A DNA stretch of 63,903 nucleotides, counting the filler, from an uncultured Myxococcia bacterium (lineage in GTDB: Bacteria; CAZTWC01), in the NCBI GenBank assembly GCA_964617105.1. It is 6 parts of 6 records of this genome, joined end to end, with 100 filler letters (N's around TTAATTAATTAA, not from the genome) between each part and the next. Parts side by side here need not be neighbours in the genome. Positions count along the whole stretch, not along the records: positions 43,469 to 54,129 come from CAZTWC010000111.1; positions 54,230 to 63,903 come from CAZTWC010000131.1; 4 more parts are not named here. The stretch is one strand, 5' to 3'. The notes under the pieces are model-generated. The model was not told where the DNA came from. It did no database searches and saw only the letters and a list, made by a program, of their open reading frames with translations. Numbering within the stretch: the first letter of the stretch is position 1; every line of letters begins with the position of its first letter. Below are positions 47,312 through 58,264 of the stretch, piece after piece. The translations under genes were made by a program, and so were the position numbers.

Positions 47312-50300
47312 CTATGGAGTTGGTTTGCAGCCCGGAGTCTCGGGATGTTTTTTACAATCCGGAGTTGAGGGAGTCCAGATGCTGACGGTGGGCTCGGTAA
47401 TAGGGCTGTGGAGCATTTTTTCGGGATTTAGCGAATAGAGTATCCGGAAAGGATCCACCACCATGCGGCTCACGGCGATACCGCTGTTGCGCACAACGTG
47501 AGTGCCGTCCATGCTATACACATCCAGATGGTAATCGCTCTGTTTACTTCCCTGATCGGTGTATGAGAGGACATAGATCAGGCCGGTGAGTTCCACCGCT
47601 ATATCCAGCATGGTTACCGCTTTTTTCTTGGCATCCTCCACTGTCTGGGTCAACACCAGTTTGGAAAATTTTTTCTTCTTGAAAATCTTGCGGGGTTTAC
47701 CCTCCACAGAAAAAGATTTAATGGTGTGGGTGCCGCCCCCTTCTAAGACAATAATATCACTGTCTTTGGTGACCGCAAGGGCAACGGGCCGGTAGAGCAG
47801 GGCATCGTTTTTCTTACCCTTTCCTGCGGCAAGCAGGCTCCTGGACACAGCCGGTTCATCATTTTTGTATTGATCAAGGGAATAGGCTTTTGAGGGAAGC
47901 CGCAAAATACCGATACGATGCCACTCAGTGGAGATACCCACCACATATCCGTTGGGAGTAACCGCCATCCGGTTCAGGGGCATGGTGAACATCCCCCAGG
48001 TCTGCTGGTCATCAAATTTCCAATAGGTTCGATCGGCAGCACCTTTGTCCAGACGAATCTTACGCAGATGATACTGAGGTGATTTGGGATTGGTATTAAG
48101 GGCATCCAGATAAAAATGCCGCCCATCCACCTGGGTATTTTTTGCCACATAATCGTAGGCAATGGCGGTAGCGTTAGGATAACCGCAACCCGGAGATTTA
48201 AAACCCTCCTCTGCCTTACCAGGACGCAGATTCACATTTTGAAACATATACAACTGTCCAGTCCCTTTGCCGCCACACTCTTTGATGTTCTTGGAGGAGG
48301 CCCGCCAACTGTAGCCCAGCATACCGCCAGGTACCCAGATGGTGATATTGTTAAGTTCAGACAGATTGCCACCTGGGGTGTCAGCGCTGAGTTGCTCAGG
48401 CTTGGGAACGGCAGCATCAAAATCCCACTGGTATTTATTGTCTTTATAACCCAATTTGCACTGCTGGCTATAGTTGGTATCTTTGGTAACCGGCACAGGG
48501 TTTTCAGTAATGGTAATATCAGCGGTTACCTTGCCCCCTTTGGAAGGAACCTTATTGAGAAAGTGGTCAGTTCCTTCAGCCGCAATCCATTGAGTATCAG
48601 AGTAGAAGATCACCCGGATTTTCTCGCTTTTGGCGGTGGCGGGTATGCCGCTCATACTGACGGTGATAGTCTCCTGGCCCTTTTGGGTTTCAGTTAGATC
48701 AAAGGTTTTCTTAATCGGGTTTTTGCCGGTATAGATCAAAATCTCCATGGTTTTGGCTACCCGCGGAAACATATAATCATTGGGATCATGGGCAAGGGTA
48801 ATATCCACCGTATGAGTTAAAGATATTTTATTGTCAATTACATAAGGATTGGCAAGAATCTCGGCAGTGGCCGCCACCATATCGGCTGCAGCTCCTAAAT
48901 TGGCGGCAATTTTCATGGCCCAACCGGCAAAGGGGATAGCCTCTTCTACCTCCTCTTCAGTGACTTTTTCGGTTATCCAGGCGGCGATAGCCGGTATTTT
49001 CAACACCAGTCCCTGAGTGATCAAATCGTTGGCAATAGCCGAGATCAAACTGCCAAAAGAACCGGCTAAATCTATTCCAGTCTTGCTGGAGGGACTGACT
49101 ATTAAGCTGACAATAGATTTGACCAACTTGATGATATTGATAATAACCCCTTTTGATTTTAAAACCGCTTTTAGGGAAACATCTTCATTTTCACCAGAGG
49201 TAGTGGCCATCAGGAAAATAGGGATGGCGTATTGAACAATGGCGGTTAGTAAAATACCAAAGAGCAGCAACTCCCAGGCCTCCAAATGCCCGTGATGGCA
49301 ATAGGTGCCCGGTCCCACAAACATGATACGGCAACTGGATGCACCTTCGGGCAGAGTCCAGCGCTCTTCAGTAGGGATGAGTCCTGAAATGGGTACGCCA
49401 AACACCACTGCCGGCGCTCCCACAAAGGTTTTCCAGCGGGTGGTTTTGGTGCTCAAATCGATCTCGTACATCCCATATTCCATTAAATCATCTTTGATCT
49501 CATCTTTAGTGGCTTCAATGGGATCGCCATTAGCATCCAAAAACTGATAGTAACAGCCGTACCAGATAAAATTCATATTGTTCCACTTGATGGAAAATTC
49601 CCGCTCCGACCTCATCTCTGGCTTATGGAACCATACATTGTGGTGATATCCCGAGGCGCTTGCTTCCACCGAGTTAGATATCAACGGTTGTTGGGCTGTC
49701 AGAGGCTGGGATATCAAGCCACTGGACTTGGTATCTTCAGGATCCTCGCCATCATAATAGGTGGTGTATTGTTTGCCATGAAGATCCGGATCATTTTTAA
49801 TGGAACCCAGCACCTGGTGCACTGCAGGATTCAGGTCTTTAAGAATTTGTTCCGACAGGTCATAGCGGTAAATCTGCTCGCCATCCTGATCCACCTGAGC
49901 CGTACCATCATCATTTTCCAGAGCCACCAAAATGGCCCAACCATCCAGATAATCCGGATCGTGCTCCCAGGCCGGACCCTGATTACAGATAGACTGAGCC
50001 AGGTTCATCACCTCAGAGGAGTTTTCAATATGTTGCTCCACTTCAGCGGCAATTGAGGGATCGATGTTCATTATCTCCGGATGATGAGAAACTATCGCCT
50101 TAGCGGTCTCAAAGGCGGAGATAAATTGATCTTCCAACTCATCCTCCAGGCTGCACTCCACCAAAGCAAAATTACGGTTGGAGTTGCAGACCTTAAGAGC
50201 CTGCTTTTTTGCCTCAGTAAATTTTCCCGATTTTTTGGCTGCCTCTTTAGCGTTTTTCCGGTGCTCTACCGGAATATGCATGTGAACCCCAACCAGGCAG

Positions 50301-50812
50301 TCCGACTCTTTTTCCGCACCCTCCCGTTTAGCCTTGGTGGTAACAAAAATCCGGTGTGGTTTGTCAGAACTCAACTGGATATCTGATGCATAGTGGGTGA
50401 GTTTATCTTTGTGCTTTTCCAGTCCCTGGTTGTCCTCTACCGCTTTTTTAAGACTCTCTTCGTCATGGGCTTGCAGAGTAATCTTTTTTCCGGCCGCATG
50501 TAAAGTATGGACACTCTCTTTGGACAAGTTGGAAAAATCAAAGTGCAGAGTATGGGTTTCGGCATTGAACTCACGGCTCTTTTTCTTATGGCTGCTTCCA
50601 CCTACCACCGGACTGCCATCGGTTTTTGAATCACCTGAATCGCCACAACCTGAAAAGAGATTGGCAGATCCCATAGTTACACCGGCACCAAGGGTGCCCA
50701 TAAATATTTTGTTAAAGGCCCGGCGAGTTATTTTGTATAACTCTTTTTCAGATATGGGTAGGCCATCTATTTGGGGAAATAGTTTCTTATCTTTTTTATT
50801 ATTCTTGGACAT
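47312..50812 (-). CDS. Large hypothetical Tat-exported lipoprotein (1166 aa)
   Basis: TRRAFNK twin-arginine motif and FSG-C lipobox; central hydrophobic helices; C-terminal propeller-like repeats; GGAGG RBS. Confidence 0.8.
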   Translation of the reverse strand: MSKNNKKDKKLFPQIDGLPISEKELYKITRRAFNKIFMGTLGAGVTMGSANLFSGCGDSGDSKTDGSPVVGGSSHKKKSREFNAETHTLHFDFSNLSKESVHTLHAAGKKITLQAHDEESLKKAVEDNQGLEKHKDKLTHYASDIQLSSDKPHRIFVTTKAKREGAEKESDCLVGVHMHIPVEHRKNAKEAAKKSGKFTEAKKQALKVCNSNRNFALVECSLEDELEDQFISAFETAKAIVSHHPEIMNIDPSIAAEVEQHIENSSEVMNLAQSICNQGPAWEHDPDYLDGWAILVALENDDGTAQVDQDGEQIYRYDLSEQILKDLNPAVHQVLGSIKNDPDLHGKQYTTYYDGEDPEDTKSSGLISQPLTAQQPLISNSVEASASGYHHNVWFHKPEMRSEREFSIKWNNMNFIWYGCYYQFLDANGDPIEATKDEIKDDLMEYGMYEIDLSTKTTRWKTFVGAPAVVFGVPISGLIPTEERWTLPEGASSCRIMFVGPGTYCHHGHLEAWELLLFGILLTAIVQYAIPIFLMATTSGENEDVSLKAVLKSKGVIINIIKLVKSIVSLIVSPSSKTGIDLAGSFGSLISAIANDLITQGLVLKIPAIAAWITEKVTEEEVEEAIPFAGWAMKIAANLGAAADMVAATAEILANPYVIDNKISLTHTVDITLAHDPNDYMFPRVAKTMEILIYTGKNPIKKTFDLTETQKGQETITVSMSGIPATAKSEKIRVIFYSDTQWIAAEGTDHFLNKVPSKGGKVTADITITENPVPVTKDTNYSQQCKLGYKDNKYQWDFDAAVPKPEQLSADTPGGNLSELNNITIWVPGGMLGYSWRASSKNIKECGGKGTGQLYMFQNVNLRPGKAEEGFKSPGCGYPNATAIAYDYVAKNTQVDGRHFYLDALNTNPKSPQYHLRKIRLDKGAADRTYWKFDDQQTWGMFTMPLNRMAVTPNGYVVGISTEWHRIGILRLPSKAYSLDQYKNDEPAVSRSLLAAGKGKKNDALLYRPVALAVTKDSDIIVLEGGGTHTIKSFSVEGKPRKIFKKKKFSKLVLTQTVEDAKKKAVTMLDIAVELTGLIYVLSYTDQGSKQSDYHLDVYSMDGTHVVRNSGIAVSRMVVDPFRILYSLNPEKMLHSPITEPTVSIWTPSTPDCKKHPETPGCKPTP

Positions 50813-50836
50813 CTATGATTCCTCCATAGGTTATTT

Positions 50837-53443
50837 TTAATGGGCTGGGCGCCGGCCGCCACTATGACAAGATATTACGTTGCCATTATCATCCATATTT
50901 TGTTTTTCTTTAGCCGTCTTGGCTTTTTTTAATGTGCACTTGGTCGGCTCCGCTGGTGGTACTAATGCTTGCCAGGCATAGTTAACATGGTTAGAGGTGC
51001 AAGTTCCACCATCTTCAACCACAATATCACAAATATTGCCGCATTCTCCATTACCTGAATTTGGGCATATATTGCGGCAACTGGTATCATTGGGAGTGGG
51101 TATTTTGGTCATCTTGTAATCTTTTTCCAAAAAGGCCCACCCATCAGTAGAATCCATCACTTCGATGGTAGTTTTACCCGTTCCAACTGAAACCAGAGCA
51201 TTGGAAAAGTCCACTCCATCCAGTTTGGCTGAGGTAAAATCCGCACCTTTGAGGATAGTTGAACTAAAATTGGTTTTATTACCAGCGTCTTTGGAGCAAC
51301 TATTCAAATCCTGATTAGAGGTAGTATTATCCTGGTAATATTTATTTAGGCCCGCACCGGTAAAATTGGTGTTGACCAGAACTGCATTGGTAAAATTAGC
51401 CCCCTGCAGATGGGCATCGGCAAAATCCACTTCTGAGCAGTTAGCATTGGTAAAGGTGGTTTTAACCATGGTAGCCCTTAAAGCAGAAGCATGTTCTCCA
51501 TACCAACTTACATAATCAAAACGCACTTGATTCAGGTGGGCGTCATCAAGTTTGGTATTCTTCATATAACTGTAAGTTAAATTGGCAGGGGTGTATTTAC
51601 CGGCAGCGTCAGCCTCCAGGTAAGATAGCGAAAAATTGGCGCCTTCCAGGTTCGCCTGAGTGAGGGATACCCCACGCAGAAAGGCTGAACTCACCGATGC
51701 TCCGCTCAGATTGGCGCCATCAAGTTTGGCTTTGAGCAGATATACTTTATCCATAACCGCTTTACTAAAATTGGCTTTGTTACAGGTGATCTCATTCATA
51801 CTGGAAACCTTTTTGCTAATATTGTCTGCAGTAAAATCAACCCCCACAAAACTGGCATTCTGGCAGTCAGCTTTATCCATAGTGACCCCTAAAAAAGAGC
51901 CTCTATCCATTACTGAATTGGTCAATTTGGCGTTAGTTAAATTGGCGCGATCCAAAACCACTCCCCGAAGGTTAAGATCAGTAAGGTCAGCCCTGACCAG
52001 GTTACAGCCAGTACAACCATTGCTTTGAACTGTCAGTTGGGTTGAATAAGTTGAGGAGGTCATCACCTTAATAGAAGAGGATACCCCATCCCAACCTGCC
52101 ACTCTACCGCCGGCCTGGGTGAGTAATTTGTATGTATTTCCCCAGGTGTGGCCATTGTCCAGCACATCATATTCTCCTTTGTTGCCATCAACCCGCTTGC
52201 CCTCTCCCATAAATTTTTTGTTGTCAAACCATTCGGTCACCAAGTTGGTTTCACCGTATCGGATACCATGCATTTGATCATCAAAGCCGATAAGTTGCAA
52301 ATCGGTGCAGTTTTGTTTTAAAACATGAGCCTTGGTGCAAAGTTTACCACTAGTAAATAGAGTGGATTTATTAAGGCCGCCCAGAATCATCACCTCACCC
52401 GGTTTGGGAAGGGTGATATCAGTGTAATTGGCCCATTGAGTAGTAACATGACTGCCAGTTCCGCCTGAACCTGCCCGTCCGGTGCAGATAGTATTTGCAC
52501 ATATACAGAAATGGCCGGAACGCTCCACTTTACACTGCTGTGGGTCGCCCTCCTCAAAGGTGGATACCGCAAAAGATATTTTTTTGGTGGTATTTAAGAC
52601 GTGGTGGGCGGCAAAACACTTAACCACTGGTTTATCGGAGTCGTTGACCAACCCAGCCTGGGGCCCGCCGTAATAGTGTTCGGAAAAAAGGATAACCTGA
52701 GTGTAAGGTCCCAGAGCAAAACCTGACAATTTTCCGCCTAAACTAAAACTGTTGCAACTACCAGAAAAGGTCCGAGTCGCCACTGTCGGTTGTTTACAGT
52801 TTCCAATCAGGGGTGTCGCCTGGCCCTTGGTCAAGTCCTGATAGGCCACTGAATCTGAGGTGGCACACTTTGATATTGCTCCCATATCAGTAGCGAGTTC
52901 TTCATCGGTAAGCGCCTGAGAGACGATATTGTCGGTAAAAGGAGTGCTGGGGCGAATAAAGATGATATCATGTTTTGCGCTTTTCCCTTTTTGGCCATGA
53001 TGGATCTCTTTAGTATAATCACCGGCCTTAAGAATAGCGGTTTTACATTCCCCCTCCATTATTTTCATCACCTCTTTGCCGCTTTTGTTTTTCACTAACA
53101 TATAGTGTGAGCCTTCGGTTTCATAGGGATCTCGATCCTTAAAACAAACAGTGTGGCGCGACTTACGGTGAAGATTGTAAGGGATAACATCAAAACCTTC
53201 ACCACCGCTGTCTTTATCATGGCTGCCCGTAGCCTCCAGGTGAAGCACAACTGTGTCTTTTACCGTGGCTTTTTTTTCACCATCGCTAAAAGCCTTTTCG
53301 TGAAAAGCACCGCCCTCTGGTTCCGGCACACCTTTGGCTGACCAGGAGGTATCCTCTTTTTTGCTGCAACCCTTCAGCAGAAGAAAAAGAGATAAAATTA
53401 GTATGGATGATAGTAGGTAATATTTTTTCATAGGTAACTCCAT
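50837..53443 (-). CDS. Pentapeptide-repeat lipoprotein with Cys-rich domains (868 aa)
   Basis: LKG-C lipobox; long A(D/N)LxxAxF pentapeptide run starting at CTGCNL; Cys-rich central and C-terminal regions. Confidence 0.85.
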   Translation of the reverse strand: MELPMKKYYLLSSILILSLFLLLKGCSKKEDTSWSAKGVPEPEGGAFHEKAFSDGEKKATVKDTVVLHLEATGSHDKDSGGEGFDVIPYNLHRKSRHTVCFKDRDPYETEGSHYMLVKNKSGKEVMKIMEGECKTAILKAGDYTKEIHHGQKGKSAKHDIIFIRPSTPFTDNIVSQALTDEELATDMGAISKCATSDSVAYQDLTKGQATPLIGNCKQPTVATRTFSGSCNSFSLGGKLSGFALGPYTQVILFSEHYYGGPQAGLVNDSDKPVVKCFAAHHVLNTTKKISFAVSTFEEGDPQQCKVERSGHFCICANTICTGRAGSGGTGSHVTTQWANYTDITLPKPGEVMILGGLNKSTLFTSGKLCTKAHVLKQNCTDLQLIGFDDQMHGIRYGETNLVTEWFDNKKFMGEGKRVDGNKGEYDVLDNGHTWGNTYKLLTQAGGRVAGWDGVSSSIKVMTSSTYSTQLTVQSNGCTGCNLVRADLTDLNLRGVVLDRANLTNAKLTNSVMDRGSFLGVTMDKADCQNASFVGVDFTADNISKKVSSMNEITCNKANFSKAVMDKVYLLKAKLDGANLSGASVSSAFLRGVSLTQANLEGANFSLSYLEADAAGKYTPANLTYSYMKNTKLDDAHLNQVRFDYVSWYGEHASALRATMVKTTFTNANCSEVDFADAHLQGANFTNAVLVNTNFTGAGLNKYYQDNTTSNQDLNSCSKDAGNKTNFSSTILKGADFTSAKLDGVDFSNALVSVGTGKTTIEVMDSTDGWAFLEKDYKMTKIPTPNDTSCRNICPNSGNGECGNICDIVVEDGGTCTSNHVNYAWQALVPPAEPTKCTLKKAKTAKEKQNMDDNGNVISCHSGGRRPAH

Positions 53444-53536
53444 ATTTTATTTCCGGATTAAGTTGGAAAACAATTTATAACCTTTATATCTTGAATTGAT
53501 TTCTGCAATGTTTAAAATACTGGATTGGTCATCAAC

Positions 53537-54129
53537 CTATTTTTTGGGAAAACATATAAAGTGCTCATAGGAAAAATGGTCCGCTTTGATCTGAATCTCC
53601 ACTTTGGAAAAATCTTTTTCATCCAGGCGCCATCCTGCTTCTGGCTCACATTTCCAGGTGTCATGAGTCATAGATAGTTTGACCTTACCAGTATCCATAT
53701 TCAGATAGGTGATAAAGCCAGAGTGGCTGTCGTTCAGGACTCCATTAGTGGAAAGTTCCAACTGATTATTTTCATTTAGATGATAGGGGCCTTTACCAGA
53801 TTCCGGCGAAACCGTTAGAAGTGCTCCTTTTACGGAACCTTTCTTGTCATGGCTGCTAACCTCAATAATTAGATGGCCCTTTTTCTTGTCCAACTCCTGA
53901 TTGATTACATCTTTTATTTGATCAAACTCTATGCCCGGCAGAACCAGGTTGCCCAATTGCAGGTCAAATACAGTGGTGTGAATATGGCGAATTGCGGTAT
54001 GGAAACCCTCTTTTTTGTAAAGGATAACCACTTTTGATCCGGTGGAGATCTGTTTTAAATAGTACTTTCCATCACGATCTGTTTTAACGCAGTGTTTATC
54101 CTGGAGGCAAACTTCCGCTTCTTTCAAGG
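53537..54129 (-). CDS. Hypothetical secreted-type protein with carboxypeptidase-regulatory-like beta-sandwich (5' partial)
   Basis: AEVC......CVKTD.DG.Y.L......KEGF pattern. Confidence 0.5.
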
Positions 54130-54229
54130 NNNNNNNNNNNNNNNNNNNNNNNNNNNNNNNNNNNNNNNNNNNNTTAATTAATTAANNNNNNNNNNNNNNN
54201 NNNNNNNNNNNNNNNNNNNNNNNNNNNNN

Positions 54230-54762
54230 CCGATACCTCAAAACTCAGCCGGGATCACACCATTTCAGTATCAAAAAGCGGTTTGATGACTATCACTGGA
54301 GGTAAATGGACCACCTACCGACACATGGCCGAGGATCTGGTCGATCATGCCGAAATGCTAGGCGGTTTTGAGTCAATACCTTGCGTGACCAAACAGTTGA
54401 GAATCCACGGTTTTCATCGAAATCCAGATAAATTTGGCGAATTGGCCTGCTATGGCTCTGATGCGCCTGCTCTTAAAGATATGTTGAGACACTACCCCGA
54501 CTGGAAGGAAAAGATCCATCCGCGGCTAACCCCAATTATTGCCCAGGTAATGTGGGCGATAAAATACGAAATGGCTCGAACTGTAGATGATGTTTTAGCC
54601 CGCCGCACCCGTTGCCTGGTGTTAGATGCCAGAGCTGCCCTGGAAGCGGCTCCTAAAGTGGCTCGCCTGATGGCTAAAGAACTTGAGCGGGATGATATCT
54701 GGATAGCGGATCAAATTCAGACTTTTCAGCAACTTGCCCAGGGATATATATTTGGTGAGTAA
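54230..54762 (+). CDS. glpD: FAD-dependent glycerol-3-phosphate dehydrogenase/oxidase, C-terminal part
   Basis: SRDH, ITGGKWTTYRHMAE and EMARTVDDVLARRTR motifs. Confidence 0.9.
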
Positions 54763-54777
54763 TTAAGCATAATTGAC

Positions 54778-56076
54778 TTATCCAAAAACTATCCTGAACA
54801 AAAAGAGTAATCCCACGGCAGTAATCAACACTGACAGGGCAGGGCCCACCAGAAAGCGCATCGATCTAAACAGAGAACCAGAAAAATATTGGCTGGTGAT
54901 AACAAAACAGATATGCACTGGCGAAAAGATCATACCCATGTACCCAAAGGCGTACGACATGGTAACTATAGATTCTAAAGGAAAACCGGTATCTATCTTA
55001 GAAATAAGCATCAAGATAATTGGAAACGATAACCCCACAAAACCAATGGCAATGCCGGTTACCATTCCGGCAAACAGGGGTAATATGGCCAGCAGGGGCA
55101 CAATTGGTATTCCAAAAGACTGTAGTTCCTGACTGATCATGGTCATCACTCCGCTGATTTCCAGCAGGTTGCGAAAAGCCATCAATCCTGAAACCATCAA
55201 TACAAACAAACCTATTTGCTTAGAAAACAGGTGAAAACTTACGGTTTTAACAGACAGTTTGTATTTTGCCATAATAAAGAGCAACGTCACAGCCAAACCA
55301 GTGATAATCGGCAATATTTTGCTGGCTACACCTTTGGGCAGCAGGGGAGAAAACAGAACAGAACAGAAAATAAAAATCACCACCACCATAAAAATGGGAG
55401 CCAATTCAGATAGCAGTTTTCCGTTCACCGATCGTCCCGCAGCAGGGCAGGGCGAAGCTCTATACTCCCTGTCAGGTCTGGGCATGATAAACAACCAGCC
55501 GGCTACAAGACTTATGGGGGTGTAGAGGAAGGTTATCAGGATAAAACGCCAGGTGACCATATCGGCCAAAGTAGCCGCCAGGATCATACCGGGATAGAGG
55601 GGCCACCAGTACTCCCACACATGCCTGAACCAGTAGTTGATGGCAATTTTGCGCTCTGGTTCGATATCCATTCCCTGGAGGGAGGTTTTTACCATGGGAG
55701 CAGAAAACACCGCACCGCCCGGCATAGGTAAAAGGCCTATCAATGCCGGCAACGCTGCCGATGCCAGCCGTTTACTGCCCAGGCGCTGCTCCACCAGAGA
55801 AACCATCCGCTTGAGGCTGCCGGTAAGTTCCAGCAGCCGGTTAAAAAGAATTATTAATGATATAGCCAAGTTAAGCAGGATAGTCTGGGGTTGCAAAAAA
55901 GCCTCTGCAATATGATATAAAGTGCTGGAAAAGGTGACACCGTTTAGAACACCGGTTAGTAAAGCACCGCCCAAAAAGGCTAAGCCGGCCGGTATTTTGG
56001 CTGCAATCACACTCACCATCAGGATAAAAATCATCATCGTCTTGGCAGTGGCAGAAAATTCGATTATCTGTTCCAA
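54778..56076 (-). CDS. DUF401 family (ion transporter superfamily) membrane protein
   Basis: PALIGLLPMPGGAVFSAPMV, NYWFRH.WE..WPLYP and SPVHICF..T..YF motifs. Confidence 0.85.
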   Translation of the reverse strand: MEQIIEFSATAKTMMIFILMVSVIAAKIPAGLAFLGGALLTGVLNGVTFSSTLYHIAEAFLQPQTILLNLAISLIILFNRLLELTGSLKRMVSLVEQRLGSKRLASAALPALIGLLPMPGGAVFSAPMVKTSLQGMDIEPERKIAINYWFRHVWEYWWPLYPGMILAATLADMVTWRFILITFLYTPISLVAGWLFIMPRPDREYRASPCPAAGRSVNGKLLSELAPIFMVVVIFIFCSVLFSPLLPKGVASKILPIITGLAVTLLFIMAKYKLSVKTVSFHLFSKQIGLFVLMVSGLMAFRNLLEISGVMTMISQELQSFGIPIVPLLAILPLFAGMVTGIAIGFVGLSFPIILMLISKIDTGFPLESIVTMSYAFGYMGMIFSPVHICFVITSQYFSGSLFRSMRFLVGPALSVLITAVGLLFLFRIVFG

Positions 56077-56242
56077 TTTAAGTTGACCATTACATTAATT
56101 AAAGTTGACCCAATTAGAGTAGCAAATTAAAATAGTTTCAGCAAGCAGCCCTCGGGCTTGATCCAAAACCGCGTAGGCTGAAAATAAATTAGATTGCGAT
56201 AAAGAGTTATTTTTTGTATGCTTCATTACTTGAAAAAGTATC

Positions 56243-58264
56243 ATGAAAGCGATGGATCTACTTTTGACATCAGAATTCAATTTTAACGACCAGGTGCATG
56301 AAGCGCTGAAAATTCTACGAAAGCGCCTACCCCAATTAGTTGACACTTTGCACCTCCCTGCCGATCAAAGCCTTAACAATTGGCTTCAAGTGCTCTACTC
56401 GCAACTGATCCCTCAATACGATCCTGAATTCCCTCTGCTGGTGGCAATATGCGGTAGCGGCAGTTCCGGCAAATCCACCCTGTTCAATTCCTTAATCAAT
56501 AAACATCTAGCGGTTGTGAGAGGCCAGGCTGGCATAAGCCGTCGGGTTCTGGCGGCCGCTAAGTCAGAAAAGTTTGCCAACCGGTTGTTTATGAATAATA
56601 TGTTCCAACATTTTGGTACTATGCCGCAACCATTGGCCAATCAGAAGGAATTACTGACCCCCGGTCCTCCGGTTTATACTGTTACTCAAGATGTTCCGGA
56701 TAATGTGGTCTTTATCGACACACCAGATTTTGACACTGGTTTCAACCATGATTATACCAATCGAAAAATAGCCAAATCAGTGCTGGTATCGGCTGATATA
56801 CTGATATACATCTTTACCAATACCAACTATAACAATCGGGAAGATACCCGCTTTATCTCCCAAATGCTTACCGAATGCGGGCGTAAAAAATGTATCCTGT
56901 TATATCGTGTTTCCGGCAATTTTACCAATCAGGAGGTGCAGGACCATGCTAACACCCTGGCTAGCCATCTCTATGGCCCTGACTATGAAAAATATATTCT
57001 GGGCACCTATTACACCCGGGACAACAATCAGGTGGCTACCGGCAAAAGCATGATGGCATTGGAGCCGGCCCAGCCAGAAATGGATGATATTTTCACTCTA
57101 CTCTCCAGCCTGGACCCGAGAACCATTCGCCAGGCCGAAAGAGGAGAAAAACTTTCCGCCTTGAGCCAGTACGCCCAATCGATTGCTAATCATGCCCAAA
57201 TTTCTGTTGATAAATTACAACTTTACACCGATCTGGGCCGAATTGCTGAAAGCAATGCTATCTTCGAAGCGCTCAGCCATTTTCCCACCCGGGCTATTGC
57301 CGATTCCTTCAACCGGATATGGATGAATACCAGCCCCAAATATATAAAAACGCTGCGCTGGTTTGGTAAAGCCATGGCCTGGCCAGGTCGCAGAGCATTA
57401 TGGCTGACCCAAAAAACTATGGGCGCGATGAAAAAAGGTAAACCTGAAGAAGAGAAAAAAAACCATCCAGACGCCACCGTGCAGATAGCCATTGATCTCT
57501 TACAGGCAATAAACAATCTTCGCAGTAAGATATTATCTGCTACCCTTCAGGAAAAAACCACTGCTTCTGATCAAAACGGGGCCCGGCTAATCGCCCTTAT
57601 AGACTCCATCAGAGACCGGACAGGCGATTGCTCTCAGGAATACCCCTTTTATGAAAGCGTTGCCAATCAAGGCTGTTATACTCTATTTGCCGAAACCCAC
57701 CCGGCGATGGGACCATCTAAAGACAAACTCGAAACTGCACCTGATATCAAGGTTGAGGTGGATAAACTTGCCAATGAACTCTACTGTAATATACCCCAAA
57801 AACTTGAATCTGAACTGGGCCAAATTATCGCCCAATTCCGGCAAGAGATGAAGCCGTCTCAAAAAAGCCGGGAAATGTTGTTTGCCTCATTGGACGCATT
57901 GCCAACACTTATGGCGGTAAGTTATGTGCTCATGACCTCCGATGTGGTGGGAGGAACTACAATTGCCACCAAAATTGGCGGTATGTTCGGGCTTAATGAC
58001 CTGTGTGCTTTAATTGCAATTCCAGCCAGTTCCGGTTTGAATGAACTCGATCGAAAATATCTTGAAAAAATGTTGGGTCCAGCCACAAAACAGTGGTTCA
58101 ACTTGCGATCCGAGATGGTAAAGCAATTTCTTCGCCAAAAAATAACCAACCAATTCTTAGAGGAATCGGGCCGGATCCTGGCAGAAATTACTCCTCTGAT
58201 TCATGAAACTGAGAAAGCGGCATCTTTAATCATTCAAGCGGCGGAGGCCTATAATGCAACATGA
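56243..58264 (+). CDS. Dynamin-like/TRAFAC GTPase A
   Basis: GSGSSGKSTLFNSL (G1), IDTPDFD (G3), long helical C-terminal region with a hydrophobic segment. Confidence 0.75.
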   Translation: MKAMDLLLTSEFNFNDQVHEALKILRKRLPQLVDTLHLPADQSLNNWLQVLYSQLIPQYDPEFPLLVAICGSGSSGKSTLFNSLINKHLAVVRGQAGISRRVLAAAKSEKFANRLFMNNMFQHFGTMPQPLANQKELLTPGPPVYTVTQDVPDNVVFIDTPDFDTGFNHDYTNRKIAKSVLVSADILIYIFTNTNYNNREDTRFISQMLTECGRKKCILLYRVSGNFTNQEVQDHANTLASHLYGPDYEKYILGTYYTRDNNQVATGKSMMALEPAQPEMDDIFTLLSSLDPRTIRQAERGEKLSALSQYAQSIANHAQISVDKLQLYTDLGRIAESNAIFEALSHFPTRAIADSFNRIWMNTSPKYIKTLRWFGKAMAWPGRRALWLTQKTMGAMKKGKPEEEKKNHPDATVQIAIDLLQAINNLRSKILSATLQEKTTASDQNGARLIALIDSIRDRTGDCSQEYPFYESVANQGCYTLFAETHPAMGPSKDKLETAPDIKVEVDKLANELYCNIPQKLESELGQIIAQFRQEMKPSQKSREMLFASLDALPTLMAVSYVLMTSDVVGGTTIATKIGGMFGLNDLCALIAIPASSGLNELDRKYLEKMLGPATKQWFNLRSEMVKQFLRQKITNQFLEESGRILAEITPLIHETEKAASLIIQAAEAYNAT

